DNA of 55,504 nt from contig CAZDQC010000006.1 of NCBI GenBank assembly GCA_964507245.1, positions 1 through 55,504 of the forward strand, read 5' to 3'. Positions 1 through 9,277 of the stretch are shown here, one piece after another (position 1 is the stretch's first letter; each line of letters begins with the position of its first letter). The DNA is from an uncultured Rhodospirillaceae bacterium (GTDB taxonomy: Bacteria > Pseudomonadota > Alphaproteobacteria > GCA-2731375). A program made the translations under genes and the position numbers. Below the pieces are notes generated by a model. The model was not told the DNA's origin. It ran no database searches and saw only the letters and a list, made by a program, of their open reading frames with translations.

Positions 1-536
1 CGCCCTATTTCGCACAAAAACTGCCCAATGCGACGTTTGTCGCGCCAAACGGACCTCAGCGTTGTGATATGTCGCCGATGGGTTATCAATGGTTTGCCAT
101 CAGTCAGTTTGACGATAGCAGCCGTCTCAAGGGTGTTCTAGACGCAGCGCCAATCTTAAACCAATTCATCGACCAGGAGCTCGAAAGCCACGGCCTGACA
201 GAAAAGAACCTACTGCTGGTTGGTTTCAGCCAGGGCACCATGATGAGTTTGCATGTCGGCCTGCGTCGCGACAGTCAAGTCGCGGGAATTTTGGGCTATT
301 CTGGCCTGCTGGCAGGCCCTGAATTACTGACGGACGAAATCAGGTCCAAGCCGCCCGTCCTGATGATCCATGGTGACAGGGATGAAATGTTGCCCGTCCA
401 GCACCTCCATGACGCGGTCCAGGCTCTGGGTGGCGCTGGCTTGAACGTGGAATGGCACGTCAGCCAGGGCGCCGGCCACACCATTGCCCAGGATGGCTTG
501 GAACTTGGCATGCAGTTCGTACAACGGGTATTTTGA
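1..536 (+). CDS. phospholipase/carboxylesterase-family alpha/beta hydrolase (5' end cut by window edge)
   Basis: Frame 3 is open from base 3 (PYFAQKLPNATFVAPNGPQRCDMSPMGYQWF...). It has a nucleophile elbow GFSQG in LLLVGFSQGTMMSLHVGL, then VLMIHGDRDEMLP and a C-terminal GAGHTI. Confidence 0.8.
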   Translation, partial: PYFAQKLPNATFVAPNGPQRCDMSPMGYQWFAISQFDDSSRLKGVLDAAPILNQFIDQELESHGLTEKNLLLVGFSQGTMMSLHVGLRRDSQVAGILGYSGLLAGPELLTDEIRSKPPVLMIHGDRDEMLPVQHLHDAVQALGGAGLNVEWHVSQGAGHTIAQDGLELGMQFVQRVF

Positions 537-798
537 GGCTCAATTGTCATCATAGGCCGATCGGCCCTCTAACCATTCAAAAAAATTTTGCACTAATACA
601 ATCAGATGATGTCGCCGGCACGCAGCCCGTAGTTCCCAAAAGATCTACTCCTATGAGCCCAACGGTTTAGCAACTATCTACGTCTAAGTCCCTAAATTCA
701 AAACGCCGAATTTAGCCTTTGGCGGACCAGCAACAGCGGCTTGACTGACAACTATCAGAAAAACGCACACTTGAACTGTTAAGACGGTATGCAATCCC

Positions 799-1554
799 TC
801 ATCGCTTATCCTTCATATCAGCATAGTCCTGCATGGCCTCTTCCATCCGACCGGAAGCTGCAATCAGAGCGTTTCCAAGTTTACCCATTTCCAAGGCGTC
901 AAGAAGGGGCATGTTACGGGCGGCGCGAAGGGCTTCCTTGGTCATACGCACGGCGTCCCGATCCAGAGCCACCAGATTACGAACGAACTGCTGCGCCAAT
1001 TGATTCAAAGCCTCGGCACCGTCAACTAGGCGGTTGATAAGCCCTACTTCGTAGAGGCGACGAGCCGAGATCAGATCGCCGAACATGAGGAACTCCAGCG
1101 CCAATCGCGGACCCATCAGATTGGTTAGTACCGGCGTGTTGATGGCAGCAGGAAAGCCCCGGCGCATCTCCAAGGCGCCAAATTTTGCCTCTTCCTCAGC
1201 CAGGACGAAATCGCAGATCATGGCAAGAGTGAAACCGCCCGCCACCGCGTAACCTTCGACCACAGCGACGGTCGGCTTGCTCATAGTATGCAAAAGGCGG
1301 TTCACCTTCGTCCAGGTCTCGTCCGCAGCCAAGGCCGAAGCTAAATCGCGGTCCGGCGGACGGGTCAAATCGCGGCCAGCGCAGAAGTTTCCGCCCGCAC
1401 CCCGGATCACAAGGCATCGGGTTTCCGCGTCGGCTTCGGCCTCTTCAATGGTTTGGGTCAGGCCATCGATAATGGCTGCATCAAGAGCGTTTCGCTGTTT
1501 CGGCCGATTGAGAGTAAGGGTTGTCGCTCCGTCGAGCTTTTCGATCTGCATCAT
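799..1554 (-). CDS. enoyl-CoA hydratase/isomerase (crotonase) family protein
   Basis: 251-aa ORF with crotonase motifs LVIRGAGGNFCAGRDL and VAVVEGYAVAGGFTLAMICDF. Confidence 0.85.
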   Translation of the reverse strand: MMQIEKLDGATTLTLNRPKQRNALDAAIIDGLTQTIEEAEADAETRCLVIRGAGGNFCAGRDLTRPPDRDLASALAADETWTKVNRLLHTMSKPTVAVVEGYAVAGGFTLAMICDFVLAEEEAKFGALEMRRGFPAAINTPVLTNLMGPRLALEFLMFGDLISARRLYEVGLINRLVDGAEALNQLAQQFVRNLVALDRDAVRMTKEALRAARNMPLLDALEMGKLGNALIAASGRMEEAMQDYADMKDKR

Positions 1555-1655
1555 AGGTCACCTCCTCTGTTCGTATATGGTGCACGGCAGAGGTTTCACT
1601 GTCCATAACCAGCCAAGCATGGAAAGATATTTGCTCTGCAACAGCGATTCTTGGT

Positions 1656-2270
1656 ATGTCAGAAAAACGGCTTTATCTTATTCGTCACGGCCATACAGCC
1701 TGGAACGGCCCGCCTTTGCGTTTTCAAGGACAGATGGACAGTTCCCTTTCGGACAATGGACGGGCAGAGGCCATTGCGCTGGGCGAACGTATGCCTTATC
1801 AGCCCGATCGGGTCATTTCATCGCCGGCGCTGCGCTGTCGGCAGACAGTGGATTGCCTTTTTAATCGTAAACCTGACGAGATCGACCCTCGTTGCATCGA
1901 GATCGGACTTGGGTGGTTTGAGGGTCATCTAGCCTCGGAAGTAGAAGCAAAGGACAGTGAGGCCCTGCGCGTCTGGCAAGAGAGGCCCTGGGACGGCGCG
2001 CCTTGGGGGGGAGAAAGCCTTTCGGAGCTACAAATTCGTGTCGTGGCGGGCATCACTGACATCGTTGCCGGTATCGCACCTGACGAGAGGGTCTTCCTAG
2101 CAGTTCACGGCGGCGTGTTACGCACCCTAATTTGTTTCTTGAATGATATGCCATTGACCGAATACTCCAGCATACCCATGGCCAATTTGACCCTGTTAGA
2201 GCTCACTGCCGAAGACGTAAGGCGCGGTGATCGCAACATTCGTAATGTTGAACCCGAAGACATGATCTAG
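1656..2270 (+). CDS. histidine phosphatase (phosphoglycerate mutase-like) family protein
   Basis: N-terminal LYLIRHGHTAWN (RHG catalytic motif), a later AVHGGVLR, and about 200 aa typical of the family. Confidence 0.85.
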   Translation: MSEKRLYLIRHGHTAWNGPPLRFQGQMDSSLSDNGRAEAIALGERMPYQPDRVISSPALRCRQTVDCLFNRKPDEIDPRCIEIGLGWFEGHLASEVEAKDSEALRVWQERPWDGAPWGGESLSELQIRVVAGITDIVAGIAPDERVFLAVHGGVLRTLICFLNDMPLTEYSSIPMANLTLLELTAEDVRRGDRNIRNVEPEDMI

Positions 2271-2271
2271 A

Positions 2272-4068
2272 ATGGCCCCACCCATTCTCATCTTGCGCGA
2301 TATCGATCTTACATTTGGCGGTACGCCCTTGCTACGCGGCGCGGAACTCTCGGTTTCTCAAGGTGATCGCATGTGTCTCGTGGGACGTAATGGCTCGGGC
2401 AAATCAACGTTGATGAAAATCGCCAACGGCCAGATAGAACCTGACAACGGAGAAATCTTTCTTCAACCTGGCGTCACCGTACGCTACCTGCCTCAGGAAC
2501 CGGATTTGTCTGCACATCGCGACGTGCTGTCCTATGTCCAGGATGGATTAGCGCCAGGGGATGATCCCAATCGTGCAACCTACCTTTTGGCAAAACTGGG
2601 ACTGTCAGGAGAGGCAAACCCAGCATATTTGTCCGGCGGAGAAAGCCGCCGCGCGGCGCTAGCCCGAGTGCTAGCACCTGAACCGAATATTCTGCTACTA
2701 GATGAACCCACCAACCATCTCGATTTAGTTGCCATTGAATGGCTTGAGGCGGAACTAGAAACTTTGCGCTCAGCCCTAATAATTGTCAGCCATGACCGGC
2801 GTTTTCTCTCTAAACTTTCGCGCACCACGGTTTGGCTCAGTCATGGTGAAACCCGTTTGCTAAACAAGGGCTTTTCCGAATTCGAAGCCTGGCGGGACGA
2901 CATACTGCAAAGAGAGGAAGAGGAACAACACAAACTAGATCGCAAGATCACCCGCGAAGAGCACTGGCTAACGTATGGCGTCACCGCGCGACGCAAACGC
3001 AACCAACGTCGGCTAGCTGCTCTCCAGGCTTTACGCACGCAAAAGCGCGAAAGCATTCGCCCCACCGGCAATGTGAGGCTAAAAGTCACCGATAGCAGTC
3101 TGTCCGGCAAATTAGTAATAGAGGCCAAGGGTATTTCCAAGGCGTACAACGGCACAGAGATTGTGGCAAATTTCTCCACACGAATCCAACGAGGCGACCG
3201 AGTTGGCATCATTGGACGAAATGGAGCGGGCAAGACCACACTATTAAATATGCTGACCGGCGCGTCGGACCCCGATGACGGTGCTATCCGCCTGGGCGCC
3301 AATTTGGCTGTGGCCAGTTTAGATCAACTCCGTGAAAACCTAGATCCCAACGCCACCCTATCGGAGGCGTTGACCAGCAGCAGTGGCGACCGGGTTAGCG
3401 TCGCCGGCAAGAATAAGCATGTCATCAGTTACATGAAGGATTTCCTATTTCAGCCGGATCAGATCGGTACCGCTGTTTCAGCTCTGTCGGGAGGCGAACG
3501 CGGCCGGGTCATGCTGGCCCGCGCCCTGGCAAAACCCTCCAACCTATTAGTGCTGGACGAGCCCACTAACGATCTCGATCTGGAAACCCTGGATTTATTG
3601 CAGGAGATGCTGACGGATTATCCAGGCACAGTGATTCTGGTCAGTCATGACCGTGAATTTCTTGATCGTGTCGTAACGTCAGTGATCGCGCCGGAAAGCC
3701 GTGGCCAATGGCTGGAATATGCGGGCGGCTACTCGGACATGCAGGCGCAAAGACAAGAAGTTCAGCCGACCACAGCCGCCGCCGTACCGGCAAAAACAAA
3801 ACGGGCCACGAAACAATCTAATTCCAACCGTAAGCTTTCCTTCAAGGACAAACACGCGCTTGAGACGTTGCCGGGACTAATTGAAACTCTGCAGAAAAAG
3901 ATCGCGAACCTTGAAAAGACCCTGTCCGACCCGACACTTTTCGGCAAGGACCCGACTGCCTTTGATATGGCATCAACTCGTTTGACCGAGGTCATGGATG
4001 AACTAGCCAAGGCGGAAGAAAACTGGTTAATTTTGGAGATGCGGCGCGAGCAAATTGAAGCCAATTAG
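2272..4068 (+). CDS. ABC-F family ATPase (Uup-like, no membrane domain)
   Basis: Two nucleotide-binding domains: Walker A GRNGSGKST and GRNGAGKTT, signatures LSGGESRRAALA and LSGGERGRVMLA. Also a charged inter-domain linker and a C-terminal coiled-coil-like tail. Confidence 0.9.
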   Translation: MAPPILILRDIDLTFGGTPLLRGAELSVSQGDRMCLVGRNGSGKSTLMKIANGQIEPDNGEIFLQPGVTVRYLPQEPDLSAHRDVLSYVQDGLAPGDDPNRATYLLAKLGLSGEANPAYLSGGESRRAALARVLAPEPNILLLDEPTNHLDLVAIEWLEAELETLRSALIIVSHDRRFLSKLSRTTVWLSHGETRLLNKGFSEFEAWRDDILQREEEEQHKLDRKITREEHWLTYGVTARRKRNQRRLAALQALRTQKRESIRPTGNVRLKVTDSSLSGKLVIEAKGISKAYNGTEIVANFSTRIQRGDRVGIIGRNGAGKTTLLNMLTGASDPDDGAIRLGANLAVASLDQLRENLDPNATLSEALTSSSGDRVSVAGKNKHVISYMKDFLFQPDQIGTAVSALSGGERGRVMLARALAKPSNLLVLDEPTNDLDLETLDLLQEMLTDYPGTVILVSHDREFLDRVVTSVIAPESRGQWLEYAGGYSDMQAQRQEVQPTTAAAVPAKTKRATKQSNSNRKLSFKDKHALETLPGLIETLQKKIANLEKTLSDPTLFGKDPTAFDMASTRLTEVMDELAKAEENWLILEMRREQIEAN

Positions 4069-4168
4069 CGCAAAGATAGAAAGCCTATGACACATATCCA
4101 AGAATTTTACAGTTGGATCGCCGGCATCCCAAAGTCTAAAATGCTTAAAATTTTGGCAGGGGACAGGA

Positions 4169-5101
4169 ATGAAGCTCGTCTATTTCAATGATTATCAAAT
4201 CGGCTTGATCAAGGATGACCGGGTGGTGGACGTCACCGAGATGTGCGCGGACATACCGCACATCGACCGCCGCGCCTTGATAAACGGATTGATCGCCCGG
4301 TTTGATGATTACCGCGAAAAGCTAGAAACCGCGGTAGCGTCCGAAGACGAGGGGCAGCCGCTATCGACTGTTACCTTGCGCCCGCCGATCCCCCTGCCCC
4401 GCAATATTGACTGCATGGCGGTGAACTACATGGAAGACGGAACCCGAGATGCGCCGGCACCTATCAACGGCTTCCACAAATCGGCTTCCGCTATTATCGG
4501 TCCTGGCGACACCATGGTTCTTGATGATATTGCCGCCACCATTTTCGAGGGCGAAGCGGAATTGGCCGTGATCATCGGCAAGCCGGCCAATCATGTGCCT
4601 GAGAAGGACGCCATGGGTTATGTCTTTGGCTACACGTGCTTTATTGATGGTTCTGCGCGCGGTGTGGGACCCTCCAACAACTTCTTTTTCCAGATGAAGA
4701 GCCGGGATACATTCGCACCCATCGGGCCCTGTATTGTCACGGCAGACGAGGTCGACAACCCCCAAAATCTCGCCGTGAAATTGAGTGTCAACGGTACCGT
4801 CATGCAGGACTTCAACACTGACGATATGGCACATAGCATTTCCCGCTGCATCGAGTGGACATCATCCATCCATGCCCTGGAGCCGGGCGATATTCTTGCC
4901 ACAGGCACCAATCACCGCGGGCTTAGCGCATTCCAGGACGGCGATAAGGTTGACCTGGAAATCGAGGGTATCGGCTGCTTATCCATAAACATCAGCGATG
5001 ATCAGAAGCGCACCTGGTCGCGCGATACCCGATTGGAACACGCAGAAAAGGGTCTTGAAGGACCGCATACGCCCCAATTAACTGGGAAGTATGCTCCGTA
5101 A
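4169..5101 (+). CDS. fumarylacetoacetate hydrolase (FAH) family protein
   Basis: FAH-fold motifs GPGDTMVLDD...EGEAELAVIIGK and EPGDILATGT. GGAG-type RBS (ggcaggggacaggaATG). Confidence 0.85.
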   Translation: MKLVYFNDYQIGLIKDDRVVDVTEMCADIPHIDRRALINGLIARFDDYREKLETAVASEDEGQPLSTVTLRPPIPLPRNIDCMAVNYMEDGTRDAPAPINGFHKSASAIIGPGDTMVLDDIAATIFEGEAELAVIIGKPANHVPEKDAMGYVFGYTCFIDGSARGVGPSNNFFFQMKSRDTFAPIGPCIVTADEVDNPQNLAVKLSVNGTVMQDFNTDDMAHSISRCIEWTSSIHALEPGDILATGTNHRGLSAFQDGDKVDLEIEGIGCLSINISDDQKRTWSRDTRLEHAEKGLEGPHTPQLTGKYAP

Positions 5102-5106
5102 AATTC

Positions 5107-6111
5107 ATGCAGCCGTACACAGACGCAACTGATTTAGTAATGGACGGCGCCGCTCTAGCTGAGCGCCTTGCGCAAGATGGTTATCTTTTCATCAGGGGCC
5201 TGGTGCCAGCAGATGCCGTGGAAAATGTTGGCCAGCAATTCCTGGATGTAGTTGCTCAGGGCGGCTGGCTCGACCCGGATCATCCAAAGGAAGCCCGCAT
5301 CGCCAACCGGAATATCGTTTGCGCTGATCCCGAACCAGAATTTCTAGAGGTCTTTCGACGTTTCCATGCGCGTGAAGACAGCCACGCCCTGAAACACCAC
5401 CCCAACATTGTCGACTTGTTTACGCGTATCTTCAGAGAAAAAGTTTTGGTGCACCCGCTGTTCGTCGCCCGCAATATATTTCCCCAAAGAGAAAAACTTA
5501 CCACCCGCCCACACCAGGATTTTGTCCATATTCAAGGCACGGCAGAGACAATGACGGTTTGGTTGCCCCTTCATGATTGCCCACGCGAGATGGGAGGATT
5601 GGCGGTTGCCGAAGGATCTCACAAGCAAGGCGTTCATGATTTCACGGTCGCGTCCGGCGCAGGAGGATTGGAGGTTACGGCGCCTTTTAACGGGCAGTGG
5701 CGGTTTGGTGATTTTGGCGTCGGCGATGCCCTGATATTTCATTCCATGATGGTTCACAAAGGAATGCACAATAAAACAAAAATGATCCGACACTCCATCG
5801 ATGCCCGTTATCAAAGGGCCAGCGAGCCCATTTCCGAAGTTTCAATGGCCAACTATTCAGGCTGTGGCAATTGGGAGGAGATCTACGGCAATTGGGAATT
5901 AGATGATTTGAAGTATTACTGGCGCAAACAAGAACCTGACGTCCAGCCTTATGATTTCCAATACTATGATCGCCGAGATGACATTGCCTTTAAGATGGCT
6001 GAAGACGGCAATAACACCGCCCGCGCAGCGCTGCTTCGCATTGTACAGCGCGATCCGAGAGCTGAGAAACGCGCACGTGCCTCCATTTTACTGGATCGTC
6101 TGGAAGCCTAA
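5107..6111 (+). CDS. phytanoyl-CoA dioxygenase (PhyH) family Fe(II)/2-oxoglutarate oxygenase
   Basis: HxD facial-triad motif in RPHQDFVHIQG and a distal His in IFHSMMVHKG. It starts 6 nt after the FAH gene, so probably the same operon. Confidence 0.75.
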   Translation: MQPYTDATDLVMDGAALAERLAQDGYLFIRGLVPADAVENVGQQFLDVVAQGGWLDPDHPKEARIANRNIVCADPEPEFLEVFRRFHAREDSHALKHHPNIVDLFTRIFREKVLVHPLFVARNIFPQREKLTTRPHQDFVHIQGTAETMTVWLPLHDCPREMGGLAVAEGSHKQGVHDFTVASGAGGLEVTAPFNGQWRFGDFGVGDALIFHSMMVHKGMHNKTKMIRHSIDARYQRASEPISEVSMANYSGCGNWEEIYGNWELDDLKYYWRKQEPDVQPYDFQYYDRRDDIAFKMAEDGNNTARAALLRIVQRDPRAEKRARASILLDRLEA

Positions 6112-6671
6112 TCCAGATTATCGGCGAGAACTTCAGTGCCGGCGTTTAATTAGCAGCAAATCTTCTTAGCCAGATTGAGTGCCTAGGAAATGCCGGTCAT
6201 GGCCGATTTGCATTGGGTGGCGGTAGTTAGCGGAATTTCCCATTAAAGAGTACCAGTTGATCTTCACCAATCCGAGCCTGTCGCTGACATTGCTCTAACC
6301 GTTCATAGAGCACAATGCCACTCTTCCCAATTCGCAACACAGTACCGCCATTGTATAAAGCTCTACGTTGTTGGAAGTATTGTTTCAGAACAACAACATT
6401 GATGCCGCATAACACGATGAACCTGACTTGCCCCAATTTCTATTGATGACTACTGGACGCAGCATAACCATAATTACTTGCTTCGGAACGCCGGGTTCCT
6501 CTTTGATAGCTATCGCTATAACTTGTTGGCATCCAACTTTGATGATCTCGGCTTGAAGCACGTCGCCGACGGGCAAATTTTGTCAACTCAGAATTTGTGG
6601 GGTGACTTGCGTTCCTTGCGACTTTCGCCATACTGACCACTTGGCAAAAACAATTGAAAGGAGGTGATCCA

Positions 6672-6749
6672 ATGTCTAATGAATTGTGCGCCGTAGCGAG
6701 CGGCCTGGGGATGCATGGTGGACAAAGGGAAAGCCTCTCTCTGTCGTAA
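6672..6749 (+). CDS. hypothetical 25-aa mini-ORF behind a 14-nt perfect Shine-Dalgarno
   Basis: AAAGGAGGTGATCC (6657-6670) is the exact complement of the 16S rRNA 3' tail GGATCACCTCCTTT. An ATG lies 7 nt after GGAGG and encodes MSNELCAVASGLGMHGGQRESLSLS. A rho-independent terminator lies 60 nt downstream. There is no homology evidence. Confidence 0.2.
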   Translation: MSNELCAVASGLGMHGGQRESLSLS

Positions 6750-6808
6750 CTAGTATCTTGGCCAGAGCAATCTGGCATCTGGGACCTCGTTATGGCCCAG
6801 TTCACGGA

Positions 6809-6839
6809 AAGGCGGTCTAAAGACCGCCTTTCTTTTTTT
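6809..6839 (+). terminator. rho-independent terminator (plus-strand polarity)
   Basis: Perfect 10-bp inverted repeat AAGGCGGTCT/AGACCGCCTT followed by TCTTTTTTT. It overlaps the last codons of xerC on the opposite strand. Confidence 0.6.
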
Positions 6840-7822
6840 CAGTTTTCCGTGATCGTTCCTGAGGGTGAGCCCCTTTGTAGACCGCCATTAGGCGTTCCTC
6901 GTCGACCTCAGTATATCTTTGCGTGGTGGATAGGCTGGCATGGCCCAACAGCTCCTGGATGGTCCGTAAATCGCCACCGCCCGCCAAAAGATGAGTGGCA
7001 AAGGAGTGACGCAGGGCATGGGGCGTCGCTGTGCTGGGCAAACCGATAGAAACCCGCAATTTCTGCATCTGGGCCCTCACGATTCGCTGATTGAGACGTT
7101 TTCCTTGCACTCCCACGAATAACGGCCCGTTTTGAGCAACCTTAAATGGGCTCAAATCTAAATAGGCGCGTACTGCATTACGGACTACGGGCAGCACCGG
7201 CACGACCCGATCCTTTCCTCCCTTGCCCCGGATCATCAGGGAATCGCCGAACGGAACCTGATTTCCGTTCAATTCCAGTGCCTCGGAAATTCGTAGGCCG
7301 CAACCGTACAACAACGTAAGCACCGCCAAATCCCGCGCCTGAACCCAAGGTTTCTCGGATACCAAGGCAATATCCAACAGGGTCGTCACCGCTTCGTTCA
7401 CGCTCAGAGGTTTGGGCACTCCGTGAGGGCGCTTTGGTGTACGCAATCGCGTGGATGGCCGAGTTCGCAAACAGTTTCTGTCGTTCACAAAAACGGAAAA
7501 AACTCCGAATTGCCGACAATGCCCGCGCCAACGTAACCGGCTTCAAGCCTTTGCTACGTTCGCCAACTTCGCCGCGATTACGATCCGCGAGGCACGCCCG
7601 AAAATCCGTGATTTTCAAATTGGTGAGGTCGTCTAGGTTTAATTCGACGATGCTGTCGTCATGTTGCAACTGAAATTTCAGAAAACTATTCAATTCACGA
7701 TCATACCCACTCAAGGTGTGTATTGAATAGCGCCTTTCGGAACGCAGCCATTCCTTCCAACGGCTGACCGCATCAACCAGCTTGGCACTCAGCGGGAGCT
7801 TCAGTCCGGCAGAACCAGCCAT
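6817..7822 (-). pseudogene. xerC: tyrosine recombinase XerC, reading frame broken by a 1-nt indel near 7444
   Basis: The N-terminal SAM-like domain (RYSIHTLSGYDRELNSFLKF...ALSAIRSFFRFC...FANSAIHAI) is in one frame. RTPKRPHGVPKPLSVNEA... through the catalytic HALRHSFATHLLAGGGDLRTIQELLGHASLSTTQRYTEV is in the +1 frame. It lies downstream of a DUF484 gene, as E. coli yigA-xerC does. Confidence 0.8.
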
Positions 7823-8529
7823 GTCCTGATCAGCCGCTCCAACAGGCGGCAAAGGTATTGCAGCAACTCCGTCCCCTGACCGGCGTGGAACTTGTCCGCA
7901 TCGCGACTACCTAGGGCCAGCAGTCCCGGTGGCGATCCTTTGGACGGTGCCAGTCGGATCAAGGCCTGGCTGCGCACCAAATTGGCGCCGGGACCAAAAA
8001 CCAGCGGATCACCTCCGGACACCGTCTCTAGCAATGCCGGTGCACCCAGTCCCAGCATGGCATCAACACGACCCGACGGCAGAACATATACCCCTCCCAT
8101 AGGCGCCTTGGTTGGTCCGTCGTCAGCGGCTTCCACGCACAGGGTTAACGTATCCACGTCCATAACCTGAGCCAAATCTCTGGTAATGATATGGATTAGA
8201 TGCTCAAAATTGCGTGCTGCCATTATGGCTAGGGAAGCATCATGGACCAGTTTCTGCGCAGCTTGATTTGCCCGACCCACAGTTAGCAATTCTTCGTGCT
8301 GCTGTTTCAGACGCTTGACCTCGTCCCCCAAATGGCGGGCCACGATCTGACCCATATCCAAGACATTTTTACCATTATGCCTCGAGACAGGCCGCAGCAG
8401 AGCCAGCAAATCAGAATTCTCTGTCAAAAAATTCGGATGTTCCAAAAGATAGTTGCGAACCTCCTCGGCCTCCAGCACATTGGAAGGTTCGCGCCGAGGC
8501 CATTTGGTCGAAGTCCGCTTAGAGGTCAT
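7801..8529 (-). CDS. DUF484 (YigA-like, GAF-fold) protein
   Basis: 242 aa. N-terminal EEVRNYLLEHPNFL and a coiled EVKRLKQQHEELL are typical of DUF484. It overlaps the xerC start by 22 nt. Confidence 0.8.
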   Translation of the reverse strand: MTSKRTSTKWPRREPSNVLEAEEVRNYLLEHPNFLTENSDLLALLRPVSRHNGKNVLDMGQIVARHLGDEVKRLKQQHEELLTVGRANQAAQKLVHDASLAIMAARNFEHLIHIITRDLAQVMDVDTLTLCVEAADDGPTKAPMGGVYVLPSGRVDAMLGLGAPALLETVSGGDPLVFGPGANLVRSQALIRLAPSKGSPPGLLALGSRDADKFHAGQGTELLQYLCRLLERLIRTWLVLPD

Positions 8530-8531
8530 CG

Positions 8532-9200
8532 CTATCCCTTGCGGTCAAGAATAGATTGTCCGGTCTTTTGCCAATCTGCCAAAAAGGCCTCTAGCCCCTT
8601 GTCGGTCAGGACATGTTTCGCCAGTTGCCGGATCACGTCGGGTGGCATGGTACAGACATCGGCACCCAGGCGAGCAGCCTCCAGCACATGACCTGGCGAA
8701 CGAACCGAAGCGACCAAAACTTCCGTCGTAATCGATTCGTAATTGCAGTAAATTTCCATGATCTGAGCTATCAGACCCATGCCGTCATGGCCTATATCGT
8801 CTAACCGCCCAACGAAAGGTGAAATAAATGCGGCCCCCGCTTTGGCAGCTAGCAACGCCTGATTGGCAGAGAAACAAAGAGTAACGTTCACTTGCGTGCC
8901 ATCGCTGCTAAGAGCGCGGCAAGCCTTCAAGCCGTCCCAGGTCAACGGTACCTTGACCGCCACGTTGTCTGCAATTTTGGCCAAGGCCCGCCCCTCGGCG
9001 ATCATGGGTTCCGCCTCCGTCGCAGCGACCTCCGCGCTAACCGGACCATCAACCAGGGCGCAAATCTCCGCCACCACGTCAAAAAAATCACGTCCGGACT
9101 TCGCGATTAGGGAAGGATTCGTGGTAACGCCATCCAGCAACCCAGTAGCAGCCAAATCGGCAATTTCGGCCACATCAGCGGTATCAACAAAAAATTTCAT
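8532..9200 (-). CDS. tal: transaldolase type 3B / fructose-6-phosphate aldolase
   Basis: 222 aa starting [13 protein letters not shown]. Schiff-base Lys context [14 protein letters not shown]. Short-form TalC/Fsa architecture. Confidence 0.9.
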   Translation of the reverse strand: MKFFVDTADVAEIADLAATGLLDGVTTNPSLIAKSGRDFFDVVAEICALVDGPVSAEVAATEAEPMIAEGRALAKIADNVAVKVPLTWDGLKACRALSSDGTQVNVTLCFSANQALLAAKAGAAFISPFVGRLDDIGHDGMGLIAQIMEIYCNYESITTEVLVASVRSPGHVLEAARLGADVCTMPPDVIRQLAKHVLTDKGLEAFLADWQKTGQSILDRKG

Positions 9201-9277
9201 GGCCTAATGATTTCAACTCCCTGCTAAGTCCATATCGCCGCTTGTCGGCGCTGCTTGGGACAGGCAGAGTCTAACCG

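Noticed and set aside
555-566. The palindrome GGCCGATCGGCC after the esterase gene could be a terminator.
   Set aside because: It is a 12-nt palindrome that would form only a stem of about 4 bp with a loop, and no T-tract follows.
2841-3302. There are many 60-200-aa ORFs antisense to or overlapping long genes. Examples are 2841-3302, 1277-1864, 14469-14981, 16720-17331, 31279-31914, 32691-33233 and 37509-37976.
   Set aside because: They lie fully inside well-supported genes in G+C-rich DNA. They have Arg/Ser/Pro/Cys/Trp-rich low-complexity translations and no RBS or family motifs. These are typical shadow ORFs.
6227-6576. Two short minus-strand ORFs (69 and 63 aa) could be a toxin-antitoxin pair or real genes.
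   Set aside because: They overlap out of frame and have no RBS or family motifs I can recognise. At most they are fragments of a decayed gene. The region is reported only as a finding.
6657-6670. GGATCACCTCCTTT on the minus strand could be a remnant of a 16S rRNA gene 3' end.
   Set aside because: The flanking sequence shows no similarity to the conserved 16S 3' region (GTCGTAACAAGGTA...CTGCGG). Only the 14-mer matches. It is better explained as an extended SD on the plus strand.
6817-7852. The tyrosine recombinase could be a phage or island integrase marking a mobile element.
   Set aside because: The tal-DUF484-xerC synteny mirrors E. coli yigA-xerC, and the catalytic region is XerC/D-like. 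There are no adjacent tRNA, excisionase or phage genes.
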